This document shows, one piece after another, positions 37,268 to 50,086 of a stretch of 64,000 nt of DNA (its first letter is position 1; each line of letters begins with the position of its first letter). Both the position numbers and the translations under genes were made by a program. The DNA lies in contig CM075995.1 of NCBI GenBank assembly GCA_038087875.1, positions 10,790,001-10,854,000 of the forward strand, in the 5' to 3' direction. The notes beneath the pieces were generated by a model. The model did not search any database. It saw only the letters and a list, made by a program, of their open reading frames with translations, and was not told the origin of the DNA. The stretch is from Malacoraja senta. Taxonomy: Eukaryota.

Positions 37268-38347
37268 ACTTTCCCATGATTTCTCGTCTTTTTATTGAAA
37301 ACGAATCTTTCATATGTTTCATTCGTCTCTCCTATGATGATGGTAGACATCTTGTCGATGATGACTTTCACATCCATCTCATCTGCTCCCGTCTCGAACG
37401 TCAGGGTATTGAAGACTCGCACGCCCTCCGGTCCAACAGTGTGCAGAAATACTACTTTTTGATACTGTTTCCCCTTCTTATCCAGTTCTGTTATCGCTGT
37501 TTAATTTTCATACATTTGTTTAAACATTTTCCACTCTTCCACCCTGTTCTCGTTGAGCTTTAGATTGGGAGGTGGAGCCACGTGGAAACATGGACTGGTC
37601 TGCGCCATTTTGAAATATCAGCGTATTCCCTCGCTCTTACTAGCTTATTTTATCGTTAAGCAGACTTTCACAGCACGTCATTTTAAACTTCGACTCCCAC
37701 AGCACTGATTTACACGCAGCGTCTTATCTTTGTGTGCTCACTGACTTGCATTCACTCGTGCATGCAGCTAGTCCGGTCACTGAGTGTTGAAACAATGATT
37801 TCTGAAAGCTTTTCAAAGCAATTTTTCTAATCATCATAGTGTCCATTTGATTCACAAATGTTCACTTTCACCGCTGCGACCATGTTTTGATATCTGTCTG
37901 TTTATAAAATAAGTAAACTAGTACGTAATGTACAGAGAAAGATGGCTTCACACACACTCATGTTGGAGTCAAAAACAGCAATGATTTATTTCCAAGTCAA
38001 TGGTCACTGACTGATTTACTGAGCATGTGCGAGAATGAGTACAGCTCATATGCATAAACTACAGGGATATTGTCACAGATGCCATCCTTCTTCCTCACAA
38101 AGGAAAATCCTGCCCCGGCGGGAGAGGAGGATGGACGAATTAAATCAGCTGCCAGAGACCCTGAAATGTATCTCTCCATGGAGTAGAGAGTGAGCACAGA
38201 TGACTGCTGGGTGGAGAAGTACCAGATAATAGGCCAATGGCACAATGATAAGGGCGGTGAGGAGGTAAAGAGGTGGCTCAGGACTTGCAAAAAACTCCTT
38301 TCAGGTCATGATACTCGAATGGCATCAGAAGCAACAGACACAGAGGT

Positions 38348-39035
38348 GAGTGGAAGGCATGCAGGTACAGCAGGCAGTGAAGAAAGCTAATGGAATGTTG
38401 GCCTTCATAACAAGAGGATTTCAGTATAGGAGTAAAGAGGTTCTTCTGCAATTGTATAGGGCTCTGGTGAGACCACATCTGGAGTATTGTGAACAGTTTT
38501 GGTCTCCTAATTTGAGGAAGGACTTCCTTGTGATTGAGGCAGTGCAGTGTAGGTTCACGAGATTGATCCCTGGGATGGCGGGACTGTCATATGAGGGAAG
38601 ATTGAAAAGACTAGGCTTGTATTCACTGGAGTTTAGAAGGATGAGGGGATATCTTATAGAAACATATCAAATTATAAAAGGACTGGACAAGCTAGATGCA
38701 GGATACATGTTCCCAATGTTGGGCGAGTCCAGAACAAGGGGCCACAGTCTTAGAATAAAGGGGAGGTCATTTAAGACTGAGGTGAGAAAAAACTTTTTCA
38801 CCCAAAGAGTTGTGAATTTATGGAATTCCCTGCCACAGAGGGCAGTGGAGGCCAAATCACTGGATGGATTTAAGAGAGAGTTAGGTAGAGCTCTAGGGGC
38901 TAGTGGAGTCGAGGGATATGGGGAGAAGGCAGGCACGGGTTATTGATAGTGGACGATCAGCCATGATCTCAATGAATGGCGGTGCTGGCTCGAAGGGCCG
39001 AATGGCCTCCTCCTGCACCTATTTTCTATGTTTCT
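38348..39035 (+). mobile_element. CR1 3' fragment
   Basis: ORF 38350-38946 (VRPHLEYC.QFWSP) and TTCTATGT tail. Confidence 0.9.
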
Positions 39036-39204
39036 AAGCGGAGGGAAGATAATTACCGTGATAATGTTGCCCCCAAGTGGAGATCTTGCCAATGGACCAG
39101 TTAACAGTGGGGTTGTGAGTTGTTAGCCAAGGCCGACCCAGAACGACTGGAACATGAGGTAAGAGCAACTGAATGCTCTCCCGGTGGTTACCTTTAACAC
39201 AAAG

Positions 39205-39930
39205 TTCAAGATTCAAGATTCAATTTAATAGTCACATGTACCAATTAAGGTACGGTGAAATCCAAGTTACCATACAGCCATACTATGTAAAAGAGCAAAA
39301 ATATACACAACACATAAAATATAGTTTAACATAAATATCCACCACAGCAGAATCAACATTCCTCATTGTGATGGAAGGCAATAATGTTCAGTCATCTTCC
39401 TCCTTTGTTCACCCCCTGGTCGGGGCCTTTGAACGGGGCCTTTGAACGGGGCCATTACCGATGGTCCGCTGTTCAAGCCCTCTAGTCGGGATGATCAAAA
39501 CTCCGGTGTTGGGATGGATCGGAACACACTGGAGCACAATGGAGCTCCCAAGGAAGCCGCTCCTTACAGGAGACCGCTGCTTCACGGTGTTGAAATCCAC
39601 AATCCTGGGCAAATGTCCCAGGCTCCGTGATGGTAAGTCCGCGCCGCACCCGCGGCTTGAAGCTCTGGGCTGGTCTCCAGGAAAGGCCGCACCACTCTAT
39701 GTTGTTAGGCCGCAAAGGGGGGGATGGAGAAGTGACACGGAGAAAAATCGCATCTCCGTCGAGGTAAGTGACTAAAAAAAAGGTTTCCCCCGATCACCCC
39801 CCCCCCCACCCCCCACATAAAACATACCAAGAGACATTACAACAAACATTCAAGACATACTTATAAGAATAAAAACAGAGAAGGGACAAGACAGACTGCT
39901 GGCGAGGCAGCCATTACGGGTGCCACCCGG
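39205..39930 (-). mobile_element. Non-autonomous retroposon with (TTGAATC)n tail
   Basis: Shares GGAAAGGCCGCACCA..GTTAGGCCGC and ATCCACCACAGCA blocks with 30960-31796. Interrupts the Gypsy protease region. Confidence 0.6.
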
Positions 39931-41580
39931 AGGTTAAAGAGGTAGAGTAGTGAGTGAAGTCATACCAATGGTTGTACCATCAAGTGCACTGGCTTGGCGG
40001 GGCTCTTCTCCCCTTACTGTGGGAATCTGGAGCTTTTGCGCTGGAGTGATATCAATGAAGCTATCATCTGCCCCAGAGTCAATGAGAGCATCGAGTTTCA
40101 ACAACTTGTTTCCAATGAGTAAAGTGACAGGAATGAGTTTAGAGGAAAGAGGAGGGAAATAAATTTTGCTCACCCATAATCCTTCTCTAACTGGGGAGCA
40201 TTGGCTTTTTCTGGGCAGGCAGCGATGAAATATCCAGGACCTCCACAGTAGAGACAACTCCGTAAATGTATTGTTTGTTTAAATTGCCCCTCGGGGACAA
40301 ATAAAGTGCTTGGTAATTGGTAATTGGTAATTGGTATGCGTCTCAACCGCTTGGCCTCGCTCAGCCTGGTGCGGCCGATCTGCATAGGCTCCCCCTCCAC
40401 TGGATCAGGGCCGGGATGTGTGAGGCTTCTTGCTTCAGAGGGAAGTGGAACAATAGGCTCACTATGACGAGAGGAGTTTGAAGGGTTAGGTGACTGGTAA
40501 TGAGCTGTTGATAGCTTGGCTCGCTTTTGCTCTTGGAGCCGATTATCTAACCGGATGGTTACATCAATCAGCGAGTCCAAATCAGAGGGGAGGTCACAAG
40601 AGGCCAACTCATCCTTCAGGTTCTCGTTGAGGCCATGAATGAAGACACTGAGCAGAGCGGTATCACAACAACCGCTCACTATAACTGTGGTCCGAAAGTC
40701 AATGGCGTAATGAGCAACAGAGCGTGCCCTCTGGTCGAGATGCAGCATCCTCTGGACCGCCTTTCTTCCGACTAAAGGGTGGTGAAAAATCCTTCGCAGC
40801 TCAGCCGAAAAATGGGCAAAGTCCTGTTGGAAATCTTGCTATCTCTCCCAGGCAGCTGTACCCGAGGCTGAAGCACGTACAGACATCAGGGTGATGACAT
40901 AGGAACCTTGGAGCGTTCTGCACTGAAGCATGACGGTTGTAGCTCAAAAAACAAGGAGCACGGGGACAAATCGGACCTGCAGGTAGTTGGAATGCACTGG
41001 TACATCTCCGGGGTGGGAAGAACTGGTTCCGTAATGGACTGGAAAAGGCTCGGGGTGGACGGAGGCGGAGAGGCAGCAGCGGAGTCGGGAGGATCTGGTG
41101 GCGGTGCGAAGTATACCAGGAGCTGGTTGAAACTGGTTGCCAACTGCTGGATGGTATTAGTAAGTTGGTCCACTCGACCAGCAAGTTGGTCCATTCGAGC
41201 CTCATGGGCACTGAGAGTGGAGTCTTGGTGTTGAACAGCCCTGAGTAAATGAGCCAATAAATCCTTAATCTTGAGATTGGGGACACCCAAACTCAGGTCG
41301 GCCTGACCAGGATTGCCTGCCAAGTCTATACTGGCTGACTATTCTGTCAGGAATGGAGAGGACTCGAATGCAGGCCCACCCAGACACGTCCATGAGAAAA
41401 CCAAAATCCAAATGCGAACATAACCGACGGAATACAGAACTGATTAGTCGGCAGAGAGTGAACATAGGTAGCAGGCATATAACACTTGACTGATCAGGGG
41501 AGCAGAGTGAATGCAGGTGTAACTCATGATTAGATCAGGGGAGGAATGTAGAGAGAGTCTCAATTATCTGGAGAGTGACA

Positions 41581-42640
41581 CTCACTGATGAAGGCCAATG
41601 TGTCAAAAGCCTTCTTAACCACTGCATGTACCTGTGATGCCACTTTCAACGAACTATGTACCTGCATTCCTAGATCCCTCTGCTCTACAACACTTCGCAG
41701 AGCTGCTTCTGCCCATGTTAGTGCTCCCAAAATGCAATACCTCACATTTCTCTGAATTAAATTCCATGACCCATTCTTCAGCCCACCTGCCCAACCGATC
41801 ATGATCCTGCTGCAATCTTTGACAATCATCTTCACTATCTGAAAAAGACCCATATAACCATATAACCATTATAGCACGGAAACAGGCCATCTCGGCCTTT
41901 CGTCCTTGCTGAACACTTTAAAAAAAAATTATTATTATTGTTTTTATTTATTTATTTTTTATTTTATTTTTTTATTACTTCCCCCTAGTCCCATCTTCCT
42001 GCACTCACACCATAACCCTTCATTCCTTTCCCGTCCATATACCCATCCAATCTATTTTTAAAGGATAAAATCGAACCTGCCTCTACCACTTCCATTGGAA
42101 GCTCATTTCACACAGCTACCACTCTCTGAGTAAAGAAGTTCCCCCTAATGTTACCCCTAAACTTCTGTCCCTTAATTCTCAAGTCATGTCCTCTTGTTTG
42201 AATCTTCCCTACTCTCAATGGGAAAAGCTTATCCACGTCAACTCTGTCTAACCCGCTCATAATTTTAAAGACCTCTATCAAGTCCCCTCTTAACCTTCTG
42301 CGCTCCAAAGAATAAAGACCTAACTTGTTCAACCTTTCTCTGTAACTTAGTTGCTGAAACCCAGGCAACATTCTAGTAAATCTCCTCTGTACTCTCTCTA
42401 TTTTGTTGACATCCTTCCTATAATTAGGCGACCAAAATTGTACTCCATACTCCAGAATTGGCCTCACCAATGCCTTGTACAATTTTAACATTACATCCCA
42501 ACTTCTATATTCAATGCTCTGATTTATAAAGGCCAGCACACCAAAAGCGTTCTTTACCACCCTATCTACATGAGATTCCACCTTCAGGGAACTATGCACA
42601 GTTATTCCTAGATCCCTCTGTTCAACTGCATTCCCCACTT
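41581..42640 (-). mobile_element. CR1 fragments (older host piece 41581-41847 plus younger 3' fragment 41848-42640)
   Basis: ORF 42108-42638 is nearly identical to the 23422 ORF, with a GGTTATAT tail at about 41848. Confidence 0.85.
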
Positions 42641-43311
42641 TTATGTCATCTGCAAGCTTGCATATGATGGTCCAATGCTGTTTCGACGGTCAACAATGCT
42701 CTCGAGGGTTGGCCCTCCTCACTTTCGGCAGGGAGGACCCCATCAATGCTGGGGGTTCGGGGTTGAGTTTGGACTCTTCGGTGGGCGAACCGTGCCAACC
42801 GGCCGGGTCCTCAGAGCACAACTCCCCGGTCCGCGATGGTCCTGCTGGAGGGCTTGGCTCATGGCTCGCCGGGATACCCATATCCCATGGCCTGGGTTAG
42901 TGGTGAATCGGACAGTACGTTGATTTATTGAAGGACCCTTTACAAGCGTGAGAACAGAGGGAAAAAAAGGTATTCTTGAGTCTGGTGATGTGGCCTTTAA
43001 AAGCTTTGTATCTTCTGCCTGATGGTAATGGGGAGCATGACCGTGATGGGACACGTTTTTGATAATGTTGGCTGCTGTTCTGAGGCAGCGTGGTGCAAAT
43101 GGAGCCAATTGTAAATTGATTCTTTACTATTCTGGAGGACTCCTCACTGCCCTCGATAACAGAAGGAGAATCTATTTAATATCCCCAACGTTTCATTGAA
43201 CTTCAGGACAGAAACCCCATACTGGCCAGGACCACCTCCCCAGTTCCAGGCATTTGAAGAGTGTGGCGTAACAGGCGATGATACTCACCATGTGACTATC
43301 ATATCATTCTG

Positions 43312-43469
43312 CTGTGGAACCATTCAGCAAGTTTCCCACATAATCACCGCCTGATGCAAAGGATTCGTGGGACGATATGTGAATATTCGGATCCCAGGAG
43401 AAAAGAAAACGCTGAATTTGTGCGAAGTGGAAATATTTGGGTCACTGCTCCCGCAAATAAAATCTGCAG
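43312..43469 (+). pseudogene. Decayed F-type lectin (fucolectin/FTP domain) C-terminal exon
   Basis: CGTIQQVSHIITA*CKGFVGRYVNIRIPGEKKTLNLCEVEIFG matches the FTP C-terminal signature C....GRYV.I.IPG....L.LCEVEV.G. In-frame TGA at 43352-43354, G|gtagat donor after 43469, and the expected acceptor reads TCTG. Confidence 0.7.
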
Positions 43470-44450
43470 GTAGATTTACATTCAGGTTTGGGTTTATTTC
43501 TGTTACATGTCCTAATGTGCGCTGAAAGGCTGAAACAAATATTTCTGCGGGCTATCCAGTCAATGTAGTCAAGCCATACACAGTACAACAGGTAGAGTGA
43601 AGGGGTAGCTGTAGAGTGCAGACAATAGAGTTAGTGTTAAGGTGTTACAGTTAAAGGAGATAGTGCAAATAAAATAAGTGCAAAGGTCGCGTTGAAGTAA
43701 CTTGGATGACACCGTAGTTTATGGCAGTACCATTCAAGCCTGATAACAGAGGGAAGTTGTTGCTGATTCTCTTACTTTCAAGCTTAGTGTATGCTGGTAC
43801 AGGGGAGATGAGGGAATGAGTGGGGTGTGAGTGGTCCTTGATTGTGTTGGCTGCAGTGTAGATGGAGTGGGTTCAAATCCAACGCAGGCTCTGGGTGTGC
43901 ACAGCCTTCGGTCATCAGTCTGGTGGTGAGGACCCAAACCTTACCCCATTTCCCTGGCAGATTTAAACTCAGATATATTTCACGCCATGGGCCTCACACA
44001 GCTCTGACAGCTGAGACCTGTGTGAAGTTCTGGTCATCCCATTACAGGAAGGATGTGTAGGCTTTGGAGAGGGTGCAGAGGAGGCTTACCAGAATGGTGC
44101 ATGGATTAGAAGGTAATAGTAAGATTAAACGAGAACTTACCAGTTTGAAGTTTGATCGTTATTTTATGAGGAGTTATGATGAGGGACTACGTGAAGAAGA
44201 CCCCGTCCAGCCGCACGCGCGTCAATCTTCAAAGCAGCGGTGTGAAATCACAGGTAATAGTGACTGAAGTATAATAGTAAGATGAGAGAAGACTAGAACT
44301 ACCAGATGACGTTTATGAGGGCAGGGAGCGGAAGGCACGTAGTCCCTCATAGTATCTCCTCATAAAATAAAGATCAAACTTCAAACCGGTGAGTTCTCGT
44401 TTAATCTTACTATTTTACTTCGGAGTCACGTGAGTGACTACGTGAAGATT

Positions 44451-47400
44451 TCTTTTTTTTTAAATATTATTTTTATTAGAAGTACGGTAAATTACAGTAA
44501 TACACAACACATATATCTTAATACATTTTTTGTACCGCTTCATTTTTTGGAGCTTTAAGAAAAAGATAGAAGTAAGGAAAGTAAAGAAAGTGCGCAAGAG
44601 TCGTGAAGTGCAAGAGAGTGTTGGGAAAAGAAAGCCCCTTAGAAAAGAAGTTAGAGAAGGAAGTAAAGTAAGAAAGTAGACCCTAGAAAAGAAAGAAAAA
44701 GAAAGTAGGAACAATCGCTCTATTATAACATTATACTCCGCAGAAAGGGGACTACCAACCAAGTCTGTTTTTGTTGTTTTACCTCCCATTACCAGGTCCT
44801 GATACCATTTATTTATTTATTTATTTTTTAAATTACTATTGCACCTCATGCTTGTAATAGGTCCAGAAACGTAGACCACGTCTTTTGGAATTGGTCCGCT
44901 TTACCTGCTAAGAGGAATCTCATCTCTTCCAGATGTAATGTTTCAAACATATTTGATGTCCACATTTTTATTGTTGGTGTGGGCGCATTTTTCCAGAATT
45001 TAAGTATGAGCTTTTTTCCCATTATTAGCTCGTAATTGAATAAATTCTTCTGATACACGTTTAATTCAAGGATACCTTCCGATATTCCAAAAATGATCCA
45101 TTCTGGTTTTGGTACCAGTTTTATTTTAATTAATTTTGAAAAAATATCAAATATTTCATACCAGAATTTTTGGATTTTTGTACAAAAAACAAAAGAATGC
45201 GCTATGGTAGCTTCTTGACATAGACATTTATCACAGATTGGTGAAACATTAGGAAAGATTTTATTTAATTTAGTTTTTGAATAATATAGTCTATGTAATG
45301 TTTTGAATTGGATGAGCGTATGTCGTACGTTGATCGAACATTTATGCACCTGTAGTAAATGATTATCCCAGCTCTCTTTTGAAATTTTTATAGCTAATTC
45401 TTGTTCCCAGTCTCTTCTAATTCCATTTGTTGTGGGTATTTCTATGTTTAAAATGATATTATATAAGTATGATATTAGATTAGCTGATTCCGCCTTTGTC
45501 TTCATTGCTTCATCTAGTAAGGCGGAAGGCATATTATGATAGTCTTTTGTGTATTTTTTCCGATAATCACGAATTTGTAGATATTTAAAATATTGGTTAT
45601 TTTTCAAATTATATTTCAGTTGTAGTTGTTGAAATGATAGTAATTTTCCCAATTCATACAGATCTTCGAGCATTTTGATTCCCATTCTTTCCCATTGTAT
45701 AAATAATTTGTCTATGATTGAAGGTTTAAACGATGGGTTATTGACTATTGGTATTGAGAGAGATAGGTTTCTTAATTTTAGATTCTGTTTTATTTGTTTC
45801 CATGTTCTAATTGTGCTATATATAATTGGATTTTTATTATAATTTTTATTATTCAAATTTATTGGAGAGAGAATAATCGCTCCTATATTACTCGGGGAGC
45901 AGTCCCCTTTTTCCATTACAATCCAGTCCGCCTGCTGGGCAGAATTGTCCAGCAGGTGAATCATATTTTTAATATTTACTGCCCAATTATAATACATAAA
46001 GTTAGGGAGCGCGAGACCCCCCAACTCTTTTCGTTTATTAAGGTGTGCTCTTTGTATTCTATGGGATTTATAATCCCATATAAAAAATTTTGAAAAACTT
46101 TTTTGGGAGATATATAGGTATTGATTGAAATAGGTATAGGATTTGTGGTAAGAAAATCATTTTTATAGCATTTATTCTGCCTATTAAGGACATCGGAAGT
46201 GTTTTCCAGAATTTAATCAAATTATTTAATTTCTTAAGTAAGGGATTATAATTGGCTTTAAACATATCCTGGTAATTTCTAGTAATTTCAATTCCCAAAT
46301 ATTTGAATTTTTCTATAGCTATTTTAAAGGGGAATTTCCCGAGGTGTGTTGAGTCTTTTGGTTTTATCGACATAATTTCACTTTTGTTCCAATTTATTCT
46401 ATATCCTGAGAAGGATCCAAAGTTCGCAATTAAATTTAATATATTTGGTATACTAATTTGTGGTTTTGTGATGTACAGTAGTACATCATCAGCATATAGG
46501 GATATTTTGTTATTTGAATATTTTGTATTATAACCGTAAATATCCAGGTGTGTTCTTATTTTTTCAGCAAGGGGTTCAATTACCAAAGCAAATAACAGCG
46601 GTGATAATGAACATCCTTGTCTATTGCCCCTTGATAGTTCAAATTTCGAGGATAATATATTATTAGTTAGTATTCTAGCCGTAGGTTTGTTATATAATAG
46701 TTTTATCCATGCAATGAAGTTCTCTCCCAATTGGAATTTTTGCAATACTTTAATCATATAGTCCCATTCTACTTGATCAAACGCTTTTTCTGCGTCCAGT
46801 GAGATGATAGATAACTCTTGGTCATGAGATTTATGTGAGTGCATTACGTTAAGCAAACGTCTCAAATTATTGAATGAATGTCTCTTAGGTATAAATCCTG
46901 TTTGATCCTCATTTATTAGTCTACTAACATACCTGCTTAGTCTACTGGCTAGTGTTTTCGCTATTATTTTTTGATCCGTACTTAACAAAGCAATAGCTTT
47001 ATATGATCCTGGTTCTTCTATATTTTTATCTTTTTTAAGTATTAATATGATCGTTGATTCTGCTAGTGTTTCAGGTAAGTTTTGCTCTTTAAAAGCATAT
47101 GTATACATTTTCTGTAATCGTGGAGTAACTATGTCGTAAAAAGATTTATAAAATTCATTACTGAATCCGTCTGGTCCTGGTGTTTTTCCATTCTTTAGTG
47201 TTTTTATTGTGTCTTCTATCTCCTTAGAAGTAATTTGTGCTCCCAGTTCCTCTTGTTCCCTCAGTTCTAATTGTGGTAGGTTACAGTTATCTAAAAATTC
47301 TGAAATTTTATTATTGTCTATTAACGTTTTAGATGTGTATAGATTCTGATAAAATTGAGCAAATCTTTTATTGATATCCTTGGGTAATGTTAATAATTCC

Positions 47401-49418
47401 CCTCTGTCTGATTTAATCTTTAATATTACATTCTCTTTTTCCCGTTTTTTCAGTTGGCGTGCTAGAAGTTTGTGGGGTTTGTCCCCGAATTCGAAGTGTT
47501 CTTGTTTTGTGATTTGAAATAATGTTATAACTTTCTCTGACAGTAATTTATTTAGCTTGAATTTCAATAGTAGGATTTTATTATGTTTATCCATAGTTGG
47601 ATCTTTAGCATTATCTGTATCTAATTGTTTTATTTGTTCTTCTAAATGTCTTTGTTCATTCTTATTCTTTTTATTTTGATAAGCTTGAAATGAAATAATG
47701 ACTCCTCTAATAAATGCTTTGAAGGATTCCCATAATAGCGTGGGGCATATATCTGGTGTATCATTTATCTAAAAAAATAGATCCATCTGTTTTTTTAGAT
47801 ATATACTCCCTTGTGGGTCTTTTAAAATTTGCGAGTTAAACCTCCAGAACGATTTATTCATAGACATTCCTTCTAGTTTTAAAACAAAAGTTAACGGAGA
47901 GTGGTCTGAGATCGCATTAGTGTGGTATTTAGGGTTCATAGTGTGCGGAATTAATTTTGTATCCACAAGAAAATAGTCTATCCGTTAGTATGTTTTATGC
48001 ACCGTTGAATAAAACAAATAATCCCTTCCCGTCGGGTTTGCAATCCTCCATACATCTGCTATATTTGTGTTTTCCATATATGTATGTAAAAGTTCACTGG
48101 TTTTAGATTTCATATTACCTTTTTGTTTTTGCATCGATTTATCTAGATAAGGGTCTAAAACACAGTTAAAGTCTCCTCCAATTATAACATTTTGATAATT
48201 AAATTCTGCAATTATATTCAGAATTTTATTAAAAAATTGAGGGTTATCAAAATTGGGCGCATATATGTTTACCAGCGTAATTGGCGTATTATTGATCTCT
48301 CCTGCTACTATAAGGTATCTCCCTTCCTTATCTAAAATAGTATTCTTTGATTTAAATGGAATTCCTTTACGAATAATGATTGCAGTACCTCTTGATTTGG
48401 AAGTGAATGAAGAGTGAAATGTTTGGCCTACCCAGTTCGCCCTCAGTCTCGTCTGATCTTGATGTTTAAGATGCGTTTCCTGTAGAAACAAAATGTCCGT
48501 GTTGTATGATTTCAACTGAGCTAGTATCTTGCCCCTTTTAATAGGTTCATTAATACCCCTTATATTCCAACTACATAGTGTGATTCCTCCCATTTTCTTT
48601 TGATTGTCGTCATACATTTTTACCAATTTTGATGATCTTATTTATTATGGTGCATTCATACCTCAGGACTCTGGTTATTTTGGGGGCATTTCTATTATAG
48701 ACTTCCTTGGTAGTTCTCCTCTGCGATTGTCCTTGAAAAAAAAACACATAGATGTGACGTATTGTGATAAAAAAAAAAGTATATCAAATAAGTTTACGGT
48801 GTCTGAGTTTCCGACACCGTAGTGAGTGGCCCACTCGTCTGTGGGGTACGACATCGATATCGCTTCCGGCGTAGATGTTATGAAGTTAGCCCCACTGCCT
48901 TTATTACCCAAAACCTAGGGGGTCGGTACCGTTTCCAAATCAGTTCTATTTCACCCAGTTGCAGTATATATATATATGTTTCATTCCGACTTAAAATGTA
49001 TTCAGTTACATATCTTCCTCACTCTTTATCTCTTAACTATTTTGAATTGGTTTTAGTATTGTTAAAAGTGAGCTGTTCGCTGAAAGGGTTAACCGGAGTC
49101 AGGCTCCTGGAGTTATGCCAGGTGCCTAGTCTCCTCCCCTCCCCACTCGAGCTGCGGAACATATGTGATTACTGTTGTCTGCGTTATAAAGCAGGCAACA
49201 CATTTTTATCAGTTTCAATTGTTATTTCTATATTAGTATTGTTAATTATTAATTATTATTGATTCTCAATATTTTGTAAAACTATATAAGCCATATATAT
49301 GTTTCATTCCGACTTCAAATGTATTCAGTTACATATATTCCTCACTCTTTATCTCTTAACTATTTTGAATTGGTTTTAGTATTGTTAAAAGTGAGCTGTT
49401 CGCTGAAAGGGTTAACCG
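44451..49418 (-). mobile_element. L1 LINE, 5'-truncated (ORF2 APE-RT-Cys, frameshifted)
   Basis: SWNIRG, LQETH, IYAPN, GGDFN, ISDHSP, KTPGPDG, LDAEKAFD, RQGCSLSP, YADD and C..C..H...C motifs. Poly(A) at 44451. GATT duplicated at 44447-44450 and 49419-49422. Confidence 0.93.
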
Positions 49419-50086
49419 GATTACAAAGCTCTGTGATTTCATGCCGCAGATTCAAATCCCGGCGTCTCACTGCATTGATTGACTCACAATAAGAAATTAA
49501 TCAATAATGCTTCAACCATAACATTGCTTGAAACAAATTAACGGTTTATTTTTATAAAGAAACAATAGTAACCCCTTCTATCCCAGGGGGGAACTATAAA
49601 ACTGAACTTAAAACAGAATCGGCAAATACCCCTGGTTTGGCAATTGGCTTATGATAACATTTTTGGAACATCAGTTCGCTGGACCATCCAGCGGCCGCGA
49701 GGATATGGTCTATTGGGACGTCCATCGCCCTGGCCGCTGAAGTTGATGCCGCCCTGGTGGAATGAGATTTAAAATTGTGTCAATCCCAGCATAAACCATC
49801 ACCTGCTTTAGCCACATTGAAATAGTTTTAACCGACACCTTTCTATACATTTTGTTGTGGCTAATAAATAATGCTGATTCCTCTCCTCTTAGGGTTCTGG
49901 TGGCCTCAATGTAATATAACAAACATGACACTACACACAGGCGGGAATCAGTTGGGGTATGCCAAAAAGATAATCTTACACCATGTCGCCCCTATTCTAC
50001 TCTGCTTGAGCAAATCATAGATATAAAAAGTAATGGCATGTGCTGATACATGCATCGTGTCTAGTCTCAGCTTCTGTGATGACTGC

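Larger units (their letters stand above)
30084..38077 (-). mobile_element. Second Gypsy LTR retrotransposon (Mag/K02A2.6-like) with both LTRs, nested in the RT of the first
   Basis: LTRs 30084-30279 and 37883-38077 (TGTGAC...AAAACA on minus), PBS-like TGGTCGCAGCGG and PPT AAAACGGAAAGGA. Protease IDSGASVNVI, RNase H QCDASKAGLG and YAQIEKEALAI, integrase PWEKMGTDMF..LITVDY.SNF. Confidence 0.9.
28800..41580 (-). mobile_element. Gypsy LTR retrotransposon (Sushi/Tf2-like), 3'-truncated, with nested insertions
   Basis: Putative 5' LTR 41345-41580 (TGTCA...TGACA). Gag 40170-41300 (SVAHYAIDFRT; C.YC...G(H>Y)FIAACP), protease [19 protein letters not shown]|..PCIDYR and VYLDDIL, RNase [11 protein letters not shown] and DHKNLEY. 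Confidence 0.85.

Noticed and set aside
40170..41323. Domesticated Sushi-type gag gene (PEG10/RTL-like)
   Set aside because: Frameshifted, with a damaged zinc knuckle, and still embedded with LTR, protease and RT in an ordinary decaying Gypsy element.
42644..42925. GC-rich segment with overlapping short ORFs
   Set aside because: No motif recognised. Probably a fragment of an unidentified repeat and cannot be assigned.
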